IMG/VR virus record: IMGVR_UViG_3300046168_000050
DNA from: a virus
Length of the DNA: 64,000 nt
Reading direction: 5' to 3' (one strand)
Notes under the pieces: generated by a model
Told to the model about the DNA's origin: nothing
Databases searched by the model: none
Seen by the model: the letters and a program-made list of their open reading frames with translations, nothing else
Position numbers and translations under genes: made by a program
Shown: in pieces, positions 55,181 through 64,000 of the stretch
How the letters are laid out: each line of letters begins with the position of its first letter
Numbering within the stretch: the first letter of the stretch is position 1

Positions 55181-55982
55181 TTTGTTCTCTTTCTCTTTCG
55201 TCTAATTCATACATAGCTCTGTATTCATTATTAATTCTAACACATTCTCCAAGCAATGTAAACCCTTTATCGTGATTAAATAATGCACTTGTATCTTTTG
55301 GAAAGCATGCTCCACCATATCCACGTTTATTGTCAAGACCTGGCACCGCAGTATGAGATTGTCCAATACGTGGGTCGGATATAATAGCGTTTACTATTTT
55401 ATTATAAGAACCCTTGTTATTTTCTATCACATCGTAAAACTGATTAAAGAATAACACTTTCATAGCTAAGAAAGAATTGATCCCATACTTGACATAGCTG
55501 GCATCTACTGCTGACATGCGATGAACCGGACAAGGCCGGCAAAGACTATGCTCTTTATAGTAGAATTCTAAGTCATCAATAATACCGTTTTCACCACCAA
55601 AAATATGCATACCTGGATTGATGAAGTCGTCAACAGCATTTTTTTCTGTAAGAAACTCAGGGTTATATATGATTCTATTTCCGCCTGATCCTTTTATAAG
55701 ACTTTTTATAATATCAGGAGTAACAGTCGACTTAATGACAATAATACCTGACATTCGTTTTTTAAGTTGTTTGACGGTGTCTACTAAGATACTAGAATCA
55801 ATAACTCCGTTTTTTCCCATTGGCGTTGGCACACATACAAATGCTATATTTTCTTGTAATTTAATATCTTTAAGACTTACATTGTATTTAGGATCTACTA
55901 ATTGTATTCTTACACCCGGAGTTTTAAAACCATATTCTACGGCCTTACCGACAAAACCATGGCCTACAATAGTAATTTTCAT
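55146..55982 (-). CDS. ugd: UDP-glucose/GDP-mannose dehydrogenase-like (short form)
   Basis: G.GFVG, CVPTP, KSTV.P, NPEFL.E, GYGGACFPKD. Confidence 0.9.
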   Translation of the reverse strand: MKITIVGHGFVGKAVEYGFKTPGVRIQLVDPKYNVSLKDIKLQENIAFVCVPTPMGKNGVIDSSILVDTVKQLKKRMSGIIVIKSTVTPDIIKSLIKGSGGNRIIYNPEFLTEKNAVDDFINPGMHIFGGENGIIDDLEFYYKEHSLCRPCPVHRMSAVDASYVKYGINSFLAMKVLFFNQFYDVIENNKGSYNKIVNAIISDPRIGQSHTAVPGLDNKRGYGGACFPKDTSALFNHDKGFTLLGECVRINNEYRAMYELDEREREQNVDYGQTEEKQ

Positions 55983-55986
55983 TCTT

Positions 55987-56397
55987 TTATCCTATATTTG
56001 ATAGACGAGTTCTTAATTCCGATGACGAAAATCTATGATCTCTTTTATTATAATACAATTCAATGTTTCTGGCAGAACAAATAGATCTGCCTGTAAACGT
56101 ATCTCTTTTATATTCTTCACCTAAAATTCTTACGTCGAAATGAAACATCTGCAGAATGTCTTCTAGATCTTGCTCCGTTTGATATGGAATTATTTCATCT
56201 ACATATTTTACGCCTTGAAGCTGAGTCCATCTTTCTACTAAAGATTGAACCGGTGAATTCTTATTTGACCGATCTACACTCGGATCTACTTGCAAACCGC
56301 ATATCAGATAATCACAAACTGTTTTAGCTTCTCGTAACATTGATATATGACCTGCATGTAGCAGATCAAACGTCGAAGCAGTAAATCCTATTTTCAT
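55987..56397 (-). CDS. tagD: glycerol-3-phosphate cytidylyltransferase-like
   Basis: TFDLLHAGH, VDEIIPY, R.H.FSSS.LR. Confidence 0.88.
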   Translation of the reverse strand: MKIGFTASTFDLLHAGHISMLREAKTVCDYLICGLQVDPSVDRSNKNSPVQSLVERWTQLQGVKYVDEIIPYQTEQDLEDILQMFHFDVRILGEEYKRDTFTGRSICSARNIELYYNKRDHRFSSSELRTRLSNIG

Positions 56398-56771
56398 GGG
56401 TTTGAACTATCGTCATCAAAGTCATCATCCATATGATATCCTACAGTTTCACGTTCAATATCGTTATGATTAAACTCGGCCCAATATAATTCATAAGCTA
56501 TGCCTTCTTTAAGACATTCAAATTGATGATAGAGACCAGGTTTTACTTTATGATACTCTCCTTCATCTAGAACAGTGACATCACATAAATCATAGTCACG
56601 CTGCCATGTGCGGATAAGCATTTTACCAGATTCAACATAGAAGCCATTCCATTTATAACGATGCAAATGTTTTGAGCAAACTCCACCTTCTTCCATTTCA
56701 ATACGATGAAACTCTAAAGCACCATTGGCTTCAATCAGTTCTGTCGTGCCCCATATTTTACCGGCTTTCAT
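56394..56771 (-). CDS. cupin (sugar isomerase-like)
   Basis: K.WG.TE; CSKH.H; PG.YHQF; E. Confidence 0.8.
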   Translation of the reverse strand: MKAGKIWGTTELIEANGALEFHRIEMEEGGVCSKHLHRYKWNGFYVESGKMLIRTWQRDYDLCDVTVLDEGEYHKVKPGLYHQFECLKEGIAYELYWAEFNHNDIERETVGYHMDDDFDDDSSNP

Positions 56772-56918
56772 ACTCTATCTCCATTAATTGTGCAATTCTT
56801 TTATATGCATTCTGTACTTCATCTTGTAATTGATGTACATTATTTTCAAGTAAATCTATTTTATTAGCTTGAGCGATAATGATCTTTCTATTTTTCTCAG
56901 CTTCCATCTCATCTGGCA

Positions 56919-57866
56919 TCATAGCATAACTCCATTTTTATATGCGTATTCTAGTGCATTATTAGCTTCGGTTTCTAACGGCCGGTTTTCATATATATTA
57001 GCTGTATCTTTATCGATTTGTTTAATAAGATCTACGATTTGCACTGCAGTAATAGGATATTTTTTTTCAATAGCATTACCGGCAATAGATATCATCATTC
57101 TATAGATCATGCGATATCTACCAGTTCCATCAATATTAGCAATACTCATATATTCTTGTAATAATTTTTTATTTACAAATGGGCAATCTGCGTAACTAGA
57201 CCAAACATAATCAGTATTATCAAGTTTAGATTTGCGGTAATCGATTATCTGTTCACGCCATGCGTCGGGCAGCCTGTCAAGAAAGTTCTTACTATTCTGT
57301 TTTTCGCTATATTCCCATTTGGCCATTAGCTCATCGGGATTAATTACCTTACCACTATTATTAGAAAATACAAAGTTATAAGCATTACTGTAATCTGCAG
57401 GAACATAATACATACGAGATAAATCTTTAGTTTGTTTATCTCCAAGCGAATCAATCTCGGTATTGAGGGCGAACCAGAAGTGCTTGATTCTATCAGCTTC
57501 AACCGTTGACGTAAGCGGAAAAACAATTCTGAACTTAGGTAAATTATGAGTGCTGCTGGCAGTAGAATAAACAATATATTTTGAATGGCCAAAGCGGTTT
57601 CTAAGATCATCTTCTAGCCCGCCTTTAGGTAAGTAATCATCAACATCAACAGCAGCCCAAGCTCCCCAATAAGCCACATTTTTGTTTGCCCGAGTAGTCC
57701 CATCAAAATAAGTAGCCGGTGATATAAGTTCAGCATCTAATTTCCCTTCAAGTTTTCTTTCCGACAGTTTATATATGAATTTTTCAAACTTGTCCCAAGA
57801 CTCAAAGTCCATGCGCCTATGAGTTTTATTATCATATCTGCTCTTAAAAACAGTAAGTGAATACAT
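56919..57866 (-). CDS. primase-polymerase (AEP)-like protein
   Basis: A.DVD, YST.S....PKFR.VFPL, D...KD.SR.YY.P; start placed at MYSLTVF. Confidence 0.7.
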   Translation of the reverse strand: MYSLTVFKSRYDNKTHRRMDFESWDKFEKFIYKLSERKLEGKLDAELISPATYFDGTTRANKNVAYWGAWAAVDVDDYLPKGGLEDDLRNRFGHSKYIVYSTASSTHNLPKFRIVFPLTSTVEADRIKHFWFALNTEIDSLGDKQTKDLSRMYYVPADYSNAYNFVFSNNSGKVINPDELMAKWEYSEKQNSKNFLDRLPDAWREQIIDYRKSKLDNTDYVWSSYADCPFVNKKLLQEYMSIANIDGTGRYRMIYRMMISIAGNAIEKKYPITAVQIVDLIKQIDKDTANIYENRPLETEANNALEYAYKNGVML

Positions 57867-60406
57867 TACATAAAATCTTCTAATGTGGCTACAGGTTCTG
57901 GTTTCCAATTGACGGCATCAAGTATAGGCTGCAGCGGTTCAATAAAGGTCTTCTCAAACATTATACCATAGTCTACATATGTTTGTAAACCTATTTCTTT
58001 AGGTAATATGCCAGGAAATGAAATAACATTCTCTTTGATAGGATTCGGTATCTTAAGATAAAGGAATTTTACTTTCTCACCGTTCTTGATAGTTTCATAT
58101 TTTCTACCAAGATTGTTTTGGTTTATTAGATGATTATACAAGAGAGACCCACGTACGTGGATGGGTGTGCCTTTACCATAAATAGTCTTGCGATCTTTCC
58201 ACTTATTTACACTTGTTACACCACGTGGAAAGGCAATGCTTTCTGCCGGCAAATTATTAAACTCATGCTTAAAGTCGGCTATAAACTTTTGCGTATCTTT
58301 CTCGGTACTATTGATAATAACTTTAAAGATCTGTTTAAACTTGTCACGAACAACTTCAGGCGTCGAGGACTTAATGGCTTCAATACCCATCATCTTTAGC
58401 TTGGGCTCTGCGAATTGTACACCTTCTGAATTATGCACATTTAAGATATATCTTTTCTTAGCGGTCCATATACCTCGATCAGCAATAACCTCGCGGGCCA
58501 TTTCCATCCGAGGCATATATCCGTTCATGACAGAGAAGAATTCATCATACGATTTTGCCATTGATTTTTCAAAATGCTCTGAGCATATTTTATCAAGAAA
58601 CTTGACAGGATCTTTAGGGGCGAACTGTTTAACCAATGGACCCATATTCACATAGATTGAATCAGTATCAATAGCAACAATGTAATCTTTGTTTGCTTTA
58701 GTAATATCGTTCATAGCCTTATTCATACACTGCTCGGCCCACTTAATAACAGTCTGACCCGTGAGTGTGACAGACTCTGCTAGTGCGTTATCAAAATACT
58801 TAAAGTACTTATTAGCCAGTGCGCCATACAAAGAGTTGAGTAGAATCTTAATTGCCATCTGGTTGTTTTCAAGCTGGTTAATTTTAGACTCTAGTGATTT
58901 ATCTTTTGTCTTCTCATATTCCGATTGAGCAGCAAGCATTTGTTTTTTAATAGTACTTCTTTCAGCATAGTAGTCGACAATCAATTCTGGAATAATACCT
59001 TGCTTGGACCGCTCAAAGGGTACACCAGAGGCGCACACAGCATAGTGTGTGTCTACAGGCTTAGATCTATCATGTTGTGAAAGATAGTAATCGACGCCCT
59101 GAGGGAAACGAATATTATGATCGCGGCATAGGGTTTCAGGTGAAATATTCTGTTGCACAATGATATTTGGATATAGTGAATTAAGATCAAAAGATACAAC
59201 CCAGTCGTGCGCGCCTACTTGAGGATTTTTAACAAAACCACCAGCGATAGCTGTGCCGCTACCACCTTCAGCGCCGACTACAGCATATGGGACTTTTTGT
59301 ATTTGAGTTATCGGTGATATGATATTATTACCTAATAGTCTACGATATATAATCGATTCCCATATATTTGTAGTGCCAAATGTATCACTCACATTTACGC
59401 CACCACGATACGCCATAGTCAGCGCTAGCGATATAAGCCCCATCTTTTTATCGATATTGTTGACAAGCTGTACATCTTTAATATTATAGTCAATAAACTT
59501 TTGGTGGTCTTCTTTGTATAGTGTATAAAGATTACCATGTTCTTCGTAAGACAGCTTCTTTTCACCTAATACAGTATAGGCAATATGATCAAGTTTATAT
59601 GATTCTTGATTACCATATGAATATCCGAACTTCTTGAACAGCTCCAAGTAATCAGCCTGCTGTATTCCTACTAGTTCAAAAGCCAACAGATCGCGCTGCA
59701 TAGATCTAACTTTACGTTCGTTTATAAGATTCCATGGTGACAGACGCTTCATAGCAGACTCAGTACCTAGCATAGCTATACGATTCACAAGATAAGGAAT
59801 ATCAAAGAAACGGATATTCCAACCTGTTATAACGTCAGGATAATTTTTAGTCCAGTATCCTAAAAATTTACCGAGCAGTTCTTCTTCTGATTTACAGTGA
59901 TGATATTGAACTAGATCGCCGCCAAGATCAATTGATATCTTAGAAGGATCATACTCATCTAGACCCCATACTTGATAGACCGAGGACTTACTAGACTTTA
60001 GTGCAATAGAGATAATAGGATATGCTGCTTCTTCAGGAGTAGGGAATCCGTTATCAGATGCAACCTCAATATCAAAGTTAACTACATTCACATGATTAAT
60101 GTCAAATTTTACATCATTAGGAAACTTTTCAGTAATAAACTGATGGATATAGTTTGTGGTGCCATGGACCGTAAAGCTTTCAATACCATCGTATTTCTCA
60201 ACAAATTCTTTGGCGTCCCTCATCGATGCGAGCTTAATTGGCTTAAGCTGTTTACCAAATAAGGAACGGTACTTCGAAGGGTCTTTCGATTCAATGTATA
60301 AAGAAGGTTCAAATTTATATTTCTGGGCTATGCTACTTCCATTGTCAGAATAGCCGCGGTATAGTATTGAATTACCGTATCGGTTTACGGATGTATAAAA
60401 AGCCAT
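57866..60406 (-). CDS. 43: family B DNA polymerase gp43
   Basis: DIEV (exo I), [33 protein letters not shown]. Confidence 0.98.
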   Translation of the reverse strand: MAFYTSVNRYGNSILYRGYSDNGSSIAQKYKFEPSLYIESKDPSKYRSLFGKQLKPIKLASMRDAKEFVEKYDGIESFTVHGTTNYIHQFITEKFPNDVKFDINHVNVVNFDIEVASDNGFPTPEEAAYPIISIALKSSKSSVYQVWGLDEYDPSKISIDLGGDLVQYHHCKSEEELLGKFLGYWTKNYPDVITGWNIRFFDIPYLVNRIAMLGTESAMKRLSPWNLINERKVRSMQRDLLAFELVGIQQADYLELFKKFGYSYGNQESYKLDHIAYTVLGEKKLSYEEHGNLYTLYKEDHQKFIDYNIKDVQLVNNIDKKMGLISLALTMAYRGGVNVSDTFGTTNIWESIIYRRLLGNNIISPITQIQKVPYAVVGAEGGSGTAIAGGFVKNPQVGAHDWVVSFDLNSLYPNIIVQQNISPETLCRDHNIRFPQGVDYYLSQHDRSKPVDTHYAVCASGVPFERSKQGIIPELIVDYYAERSTIKKQMLAAQSEYEKTKDKSLESKINQLENNQMAIKILLNSLYGALANKYFKYFDNALAESVTLTGQTVIKWAEQCMNKAMNDITKANKDYIVAIDTDSIYVNMGPLVKQFAPKDPVKFLDKICSEHFEKSMAKSYDEFFSVMNGYMPRMEMAREVIADRGIWTAKKRYILNVHNSEGVQFAEPKLKMMGIEAIKSSTPEVVRDKFKQIFKVIINSTEKDTQKFIADFKHEFNNLPAESIAFPRGVTSVNKWKDRKTIYGKGTPIHVRGSLLYNHLINQNNLGRKYETIKNGEKVKFLYLKIPNPIKENVISFPGILPKEIGLQTYVDYGIMFEKTFIEPLQPILDAVNWKPEPVATLEDFM

Positions 60407-60579
60407 GTGTTCTCCTATCAACAGCACCATTCTAACACAAAAAAGGGGAGTTGTACACCCCCCTTTTAAATATTTTTTCCGTCAGGCGTATGAGTGCCTG
60501 AATTATGTAATGCCCATCGAAAGCTGTCCACATGTCCCAGCCTTCTGATCTAAGTTGGGCATACCATTGTTTAAATCGT

Positions 60580-60777
60580 TTATATCGTTGGATTATATTG
60601 CTCTCCATTGTAACCGGGATATGACTGGCCTTTATGAACACCAGAGTTACAACCTACAACCACCACAAGTAGAAAGATGATTGACCACAATGTGACTCTC
60701 TTAGACCACACAATAAATTGCTCAAACGTTTTTTCTGCTTCTTTCTGCGCGGCAGCTCTTACTTCTTCATCGGTCAT
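60580..60777 (-). CDS. aa3-type cytochrome c oxidase subunit IV (CtaH)-like peptide
   Basis: A.KEAEKTFEQF..W..RV followed by a single TM, resembling alphaproteobacterial (Q/H)EKTF.GF subunit IV. Confidence 0.5.
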   Translation of the reverse strand: MTDEEVRAAAQKEAEKTFEQFIVWSKRVTLWSIIFLLVVVVGCNSGVHKGQSYPGYNGEQYNPTI

Positions 60778-60952
60778 TAAGATCTCGTTCTGTAATATGA
60801 TCTATAAATTTCACGTAGCTCAACGCTATCAGTGGATTCTTGCACTATATAGTCAGTTTTATCAACTCTAGCTGCATCGGCCATACCAATAGCATCTTCT
60901 TCTCTACTAGCAATAGCAATAATTTCACCATCTTTTTTTCTTATTATAAACA

Positions 60953-61123
60953 TTAGTTAAGCCCAAAACAAGGAAGGATATTAAGGTTGCAGTACCTTCC
61001 ATAATCTTCAAGACCTACCATTGCCATTAGTAGCAGGACGGGAACAACTGCAATCATAAATACAATAACCGCAAATGCTTTTCCAAGGTCTTTAGTTGTA
61101 CAATATTCAGTGTGCTCACTCAT
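60953..61123 (-). CDS. small single-TM protein (not in ORF track)
   Basis: MSEHTEYCTTKDLGKAFAVIVFMIAVVPVLLLMAMVG...PCFGLN; GGAG RBS. Confidence 0.55.
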   Translation of the reverse strand: MSEHTEYCTTKDLGKAFAVIVFMIAVVPVLLLMAMVGLEDYGRYCNLNILPCFGLN

Positions 61124-61124
61124 A

Positions 61125-61357
61125 TTAACGCTCCGCTAACACTATAGTAGTTTGAGAATCGTGGTAATCTCCATTTTCATAATAATCCCTAAAAGCTTCT
61201 TCTTTTACCATTACACCGTCTTTTACACGATATGTTACAATTTCTCGTCGAATAACATCTGTAGTGTCTGCATCAAATGCTGATTTAAACGGCCCCTCAT
61301 CACCCATTTTCAACCAATCCCCTGCTGTAGTAAATTTCAAGTCTTGCATTTCATTAT
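61125..61357 (-). CDS. hypothetical protein
   Basis: EGPFK.AF.AD...V.RREIVTYR; start approximate. Confidence 0.55.
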
Positions 61358-61644
61358 TCATGTTCGCCGCCCGGTCCTCTTCCGCTATAAAATCCATATG
61401 GCTTACGCTTAGCCAGTTCAAATGTAGCAACCGTAATAGCAACTGCGCCGAGTAATAATGAATGAGCGATCATACTATAAAGACCTGCCCACATACTACC
61501 CGCTATGAAACCAAATACAATACACCACATCCAAGCCAACACTTGCATTATCATATGCCGAGTGTTTAAATCAGGAATATTACTTAATGGATTAAGATTG
61601 TGATCCATTACCACATTCCAGCAACTAAAAATAAACGCTCTCAT
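61354..61644 (-). CDS. two-TM membrane protein
   Basis: NPL..IPD...RHM.MQVLAWMWC; C-terminal GRGPGGEHE. Confidence 0.7.
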   Translation of the reverse strand: MRAFIFSCWNVVMDHNLNPLSNIPDLNTRHMIMQVLAWMWCIVFGFIAGSMWAGLYSMIAHSLLLGAVAITVATFELAKRKPYGFYSGRGPGGEHE

Positions 61645-61871
61645 TATTTTTTCTCCGAAACAAAGCTATACATTTCTTTTGCTTTATTCATTAAATCGTC
61701 CATAGAATACATTTTATAGGCATCTTGTACTTCTTCATAGTTCTTTTTGCCTTGCTCATACATGTCGTTCATGAGCTGTACATTCATACTGTACTGTTGA
61801 TCCATATAATCTTTTGCAAGCTTAAGCATATCTGCTCTTATTTCGAATGGGTTTTTATTAGTCATTAACAT
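61644..61871 (-). CDS. phage hypothetical protein
   Basis: NPFEIR...L..AKD...; KA.E.Y.FV. Confidence 0.7.
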   Translation of the reverse strand: MLMTNKNPFEIRADMLKLAKDYMDQQYSMNVQLMNDMYEQGKKNYEEVQDAYKMYSMDDLMNKAKEMYSFVSEKK

Positions 61872-62058
61872 ATCCTTTCATATCAGTTGCAAGCTTATGA
61901 ACGGCTTCATCCATAGCTTTAAGTTGATCTTTATAAAAGTTGAAAGTATAAGCATTTGCTGCTTTGCTAAAAGTATCCCAACCGGCTACTTTTAAGTCGA
62001 CCATTTCTTCATAGAAAGTTTTATTATGGTCCATAAATTGTTTGTATGTAAAAATCAT
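61858..62058 (-). CDS. hypothetical helical protein
   Basis: AGGAGA RBS preceded by a CA-rich leader. Confidence 0.65.
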   Translation of the reverse strand: MIFTYKQFMDHNKTFYEEMVDLKVAGWDTFSKAANAYTFNFYKDQLKAMDEAVHKLATDMKGYVND

Positions 62059-62081
62059 TTACATCTCCTATTTGTGTGTTG

Positions 62082-62113
62082 TGTGTGACTAAGAGGGCGA
62101 TCTCCCGCCCTCT
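62082..62113 (-). terminator. hairpin (terminator or 5' stabiliser)
   Basis: AGAGGGCG-GGAGAT-CGCCCTCT, just downstream of a late promoter at 62119-62126. Confidence 0.5.
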
Positions 62114-62133
62114 GTGCTTATTTATATGGATTA

Positions 62134-62310
62134 CTAATTATCATGTAATTTTTGTATTTCCATCATGCACTTCCGAGACTCCTCGTGAAGCCCCATTCTT
62201 GCGAGCTCCGCTGCCGCTCTGGAGTATCCAATCGTCTGCGTAAACCGATCGAATGAAGACCACAAACCCGACAAGGGTGAGAAGACATAGTTTGCTACTA
62301 AAGCTGTCAT
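62134..62310 (-). CDS. small protein coupled to the DUF1127 gene
   Basis: TAATG overlap; GY.RAAAELAR.G motif. Confidence 0.65.
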   Translation of the reverse strand: MTALVANYVFSPLSGLWSSFDRFTQTIGYSRAAAELARMGLHEESRKCMMEIQKLHDN

Positions 62311-62564
62311 TAGACCCATCCTCTTAGATTATTATTAGCTTTGACATTATTGATGGTCTCATTAGCCCGTGCAACCGTATAAATGTCGCCGCGTGTAAGA
62401 CCAATATCTGCTAAATCATAATCTGATAATTTGCCTAATTGATGTTCTGTTTCTTTAATAGCCCGAACTTCTAGACGATGCTGCCTATAGCTACGGATTG
62501 CGTCAATAAGTTGCTCAACTACTCTCGTTGAGAAGCTGTGCGCTGTTAGTATATGTTGTGTCAT
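62310..62564 (-). CDS. DUF1127 (YjiS-like) small protein
   Basis: T..QL..LSD..L.DIGL.RGDI signature. Confidence 0.9.
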   Translation of the reverse strand: MTQHILTAHSFSTRVVEQLIDAIRSYRQHRLEVRAIKETEHQLGKLSDYDLADIGLTRGDIYTVARANETINNVKANNNLRGWV

Positions 62565-62985
62565 TTTGACCCTCGTTTTTTCCAATTGAAATTTTACGAG
62601 GACGCATTTCTTCAGGGATGACGTACTTCAGTTCGATTGCAAGTATACCATCTTGAATATCTGCTCCGTGCACATTTACGTGCTCAGACAGCCGGAAGGT
62701 TCTTTTAAACTTCTTCGTAGAAATACCACGATGAATAAAGTTTCTACCTTTTGAAACATGCTCACCTGTCACAGTCAAGGTACGATCCTTAACTTCAACA
62801 GTTAGTTCATCTTGACTAAAACCGGCCACAGCTAATTCAATCAGATAATCCGACTCAGATGTTTTAATAATATTATGGGGCGGATAGTGATCGTTTGAAT
62901 GTTTAGCCGTGTATTCTAACTCGTTAAACAGATGGTCGAAACCTACAAAAGATGAACGGGGAAATAGTGTTGTTAAGCCTGTCAT
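62515..62985 (-). CDS. small heat-shock protein (IbpA/Hsp20)
   Basis: VGFD.LF, YPPHNI, IELAVAGF, HRGIS...F.R.F.L, PEE.RPRKI.I. Confidence 0.95.
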   Translation of the reverse strand: MTGLTTLFPRSSFVGFDHLFNELEYTAKHSNDHYPPHNIIKTSESDYLIELAVAGFSQDELTVEVKDRTLTVTGEHVSKGRNFIHRGISTKKFKRTFRLSEHVNVHGADIQDGILAIELKYVIPEEMRPRKISIGKNEGQNDTTYTNSAQLLNESS

Positions 62986-63041
62986 TGTTATCTCCTTTTG
63001 ATCAAGCAAGATTTTAAATGGACCCAGTTAACTGGCATCCG
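62983..63041 (-). promoter_or_regulatory. ROSE-like RNA thermometer
   Basis: 5' hairpin GGATGCCAGTTAACTGGGTCC, then TCTTGCTT pairing with the SD AAGGAGA (U(U/C)GCU motif with bulged G). Confidence 0.7.
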
Positions 63042-63045
63042 TAGT

Positions 63046-63053
63046 TATTTATA
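63046..63053 (-). promoter_or_regulatory. T4-type late promoter TATAAATA
   Basis: Exact consensus directly upstream of the ROSE-like leader. Confidence 0.7.
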
Positions 63054-63096
63054 TAGTGTTAGCTATTACAAATGTACATAGCCGTTATTCATTTTT

Positions 63097-63402
63097 TTAC
63101 ACTTCTATGTCAATAAATTGCCCCTGAGTCTCTCCTGGACTAATACTATCACCATCTCTATTATATCGTATAGCAGCCTGCTCTCTTAGCGCTTGCACTT
63201 CTTTTGCGCGCTCTTCGACCTCTTTAACTTGATTAAGTTTAATCTCAGTACGAGTAGCTGCTTCCACCACACGAATACGTTCTTTTTCTTGTGGAGGCTT
63301 AATATGTTCACTATTTGGATATACGCTGGGATGACCATATTTAGCTGCTTGAATTTGCTGATACATTTCAAATGGCATGCCGTGAGTAGGAAGTGCTTTC
63401 AT
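63097..63402 (-). CDS. hypothetical protein
   Basis: Coupled to regA; C-terminal GQFIDIEV. Confidence 0.65.
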   Translation of the reverse strand: MKALPTHGMPFEMYQQIQAAKYGHPSVYPNSEHIKPPQEKERIRVVEAATRTEIKLNQVKEVEERAKEVQALREQAAIRYNRDGDSISPGETQGQFIDIEV

Positions 63403-63809
63403 TACTTATTTCCTATGTTGTATTTAGGGCAAAGTTCCCATTCATTTTTTTCTTTAAATGGTATAATTTTAATGAGTCTTATCGGAGCGCAATCAAGTTC
63501 TTGATTTATCTCAAATTGTATTAAGCCCCAGTCACTTAAAAGTTGCGCGATCGTATTTCTACGTTGAATGTCAGACAATTCTAAGTTAGCCTTTTTACCA
63601 TCCAGTAAAAATAACTCTTTAAAATGTACTATAAAATATCTACCTTGTTTATGTAGAATATGGCATGACTGAAATAGTTTCTTATCTTTACGAGAAGCTA
63701 CACCAATGCGAGTTAATGTTTCTCTTACTTTAAGAAAATCATCTGGCTCATTTAAGTGAATCTCAAACATCTGCGTTGGAGACCACTCTACTAAATTATT
63801 TTCTTCCAC
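63402..63809 (-). CDS. regA: translational repressor RegA
   Basis: PDDFLKVRETLTRIG.AS, L.QSCHILHKQGRY.IVHFKELF.LDG, RRNTI..LL..W.L, KY.IG. Confidence 0.97.
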   Translation of the reverse strand: MEENNLVEWSPTQMFEIHLNEPDDFLKVRETLTRIGVASRKDKKLFQSCHILHKQGRYFIVHFKELFLLDGKKANLELSDIQRRNTIAQLLSDWGLIQFEINQELDCAPIRLIKIIPFKEKNEWELCPKYNIGNK

Positions 63810-64000
63810 CTTTGTTCACCTTCTTTTTTATTATAGTTATTTGTTCAGGTGATAGAAGGGGCAGGATTTGTTTAGCTTTTTCGTTGCTATAGCCATAGTA
63901 TTCTTTTACCACTTCAATATCACGTTCAGTTTCAGGTTTTATCCATTTCGAAAAACGTTTCCGCTTACGAATTGTATTTATAAGAAAGTGATATTGAAGT
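63796..64000 (-). CDS. 62: clamp loader small subunit gp62 (3' part)
   Basis: ...FLINTIRKRKRFSKW.K......VVKEYYGYSNEKA...L..L...KGG. Confidence 0.92.
   Translation of the reverse strand, partial: LQYHFLINTIRKRKRFSKWIKPETERDIEVVKEYYGYSNEKAKQILPLLSPEQITIIKKKVNKGGRK

Noticed and set aside
60432-60641. 69-aa ORF upstream of gp43
   Set aside because: It overlaps the neighbouring gene and the gp43 promoter, with no clear start or motif.
306-63504. Many opposite-strand or alternate-frame ORFs in the track (e.g. 306-896, 4189-4566, 12143-12580, 37138-37566, 42221-42664, 58188-58655)
   Set aside because: They are shadows of well-supported genes, with no RBS or recognisable motifs.
1-64000. CRISPR arrays, IS elements, integrase, group I introns or inteins (checked nrdA, nrdB, gp41, gp43, uvsX, thyX), and alternative genetic code
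   Set aside because: No regularly spaced repeats or transposase motifs were seen. Core genes have normal length and end at standard stops.

Overview
A 64-kb segment of a T4-like (Tevenvirinae/Kyanoviridae-type) lytic myovirus. The host is most likely a marine alphaproteobacterium, probably Rhodobacterales-like. This is inferred from a permuted two-piece tmRNA with an ANDNF...ALAA tag, a DUF1127 protein, an IbpA-type sHSP with a ROSE-like leader, and a CtaH-like peptide. Nearly all genes are on the minus strand. Core genes recognised by sequence: gp26/gp51 junction and gp29-like tail protein, gp32, gp33, RNase H, PhoH, NrdA/B, ThyX, gp41, UvsX, gp43, RegA and gp62. Accessory highlights: (1) a gp42-type dCMP hydroxymethylase clustered with an amino-acid:DNA-transferase-like gene, a PLP fold-II enzyme, an SGNH protein, dCMP deaminase and dNTP pyrophosphatases, a candidate undescribed cytosine hypermodification pathway; (2) a late block of proteins with T4-type capsid-targeting N-termini, including a KxDG nucleotidyltransferase, a HIGH-type nucleotidyltransferase, a PD-(D/E)XK nuclease and protease-cleavable polyproteins; (3) a late operon of mostly exported proteins with pilin-like and chaperone-like members, next to a porin-like gene; (4) a 10-gene glycan biosynthesis island; (5) repeated early promoters with helically phased IHF boxes; (6) two unexplained structured RNAs, a tRNA-Arg, and a candidate -1 frameshift joining gp26 to gp51. 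All assignments come from reading motifs by eye; no database searches were run.
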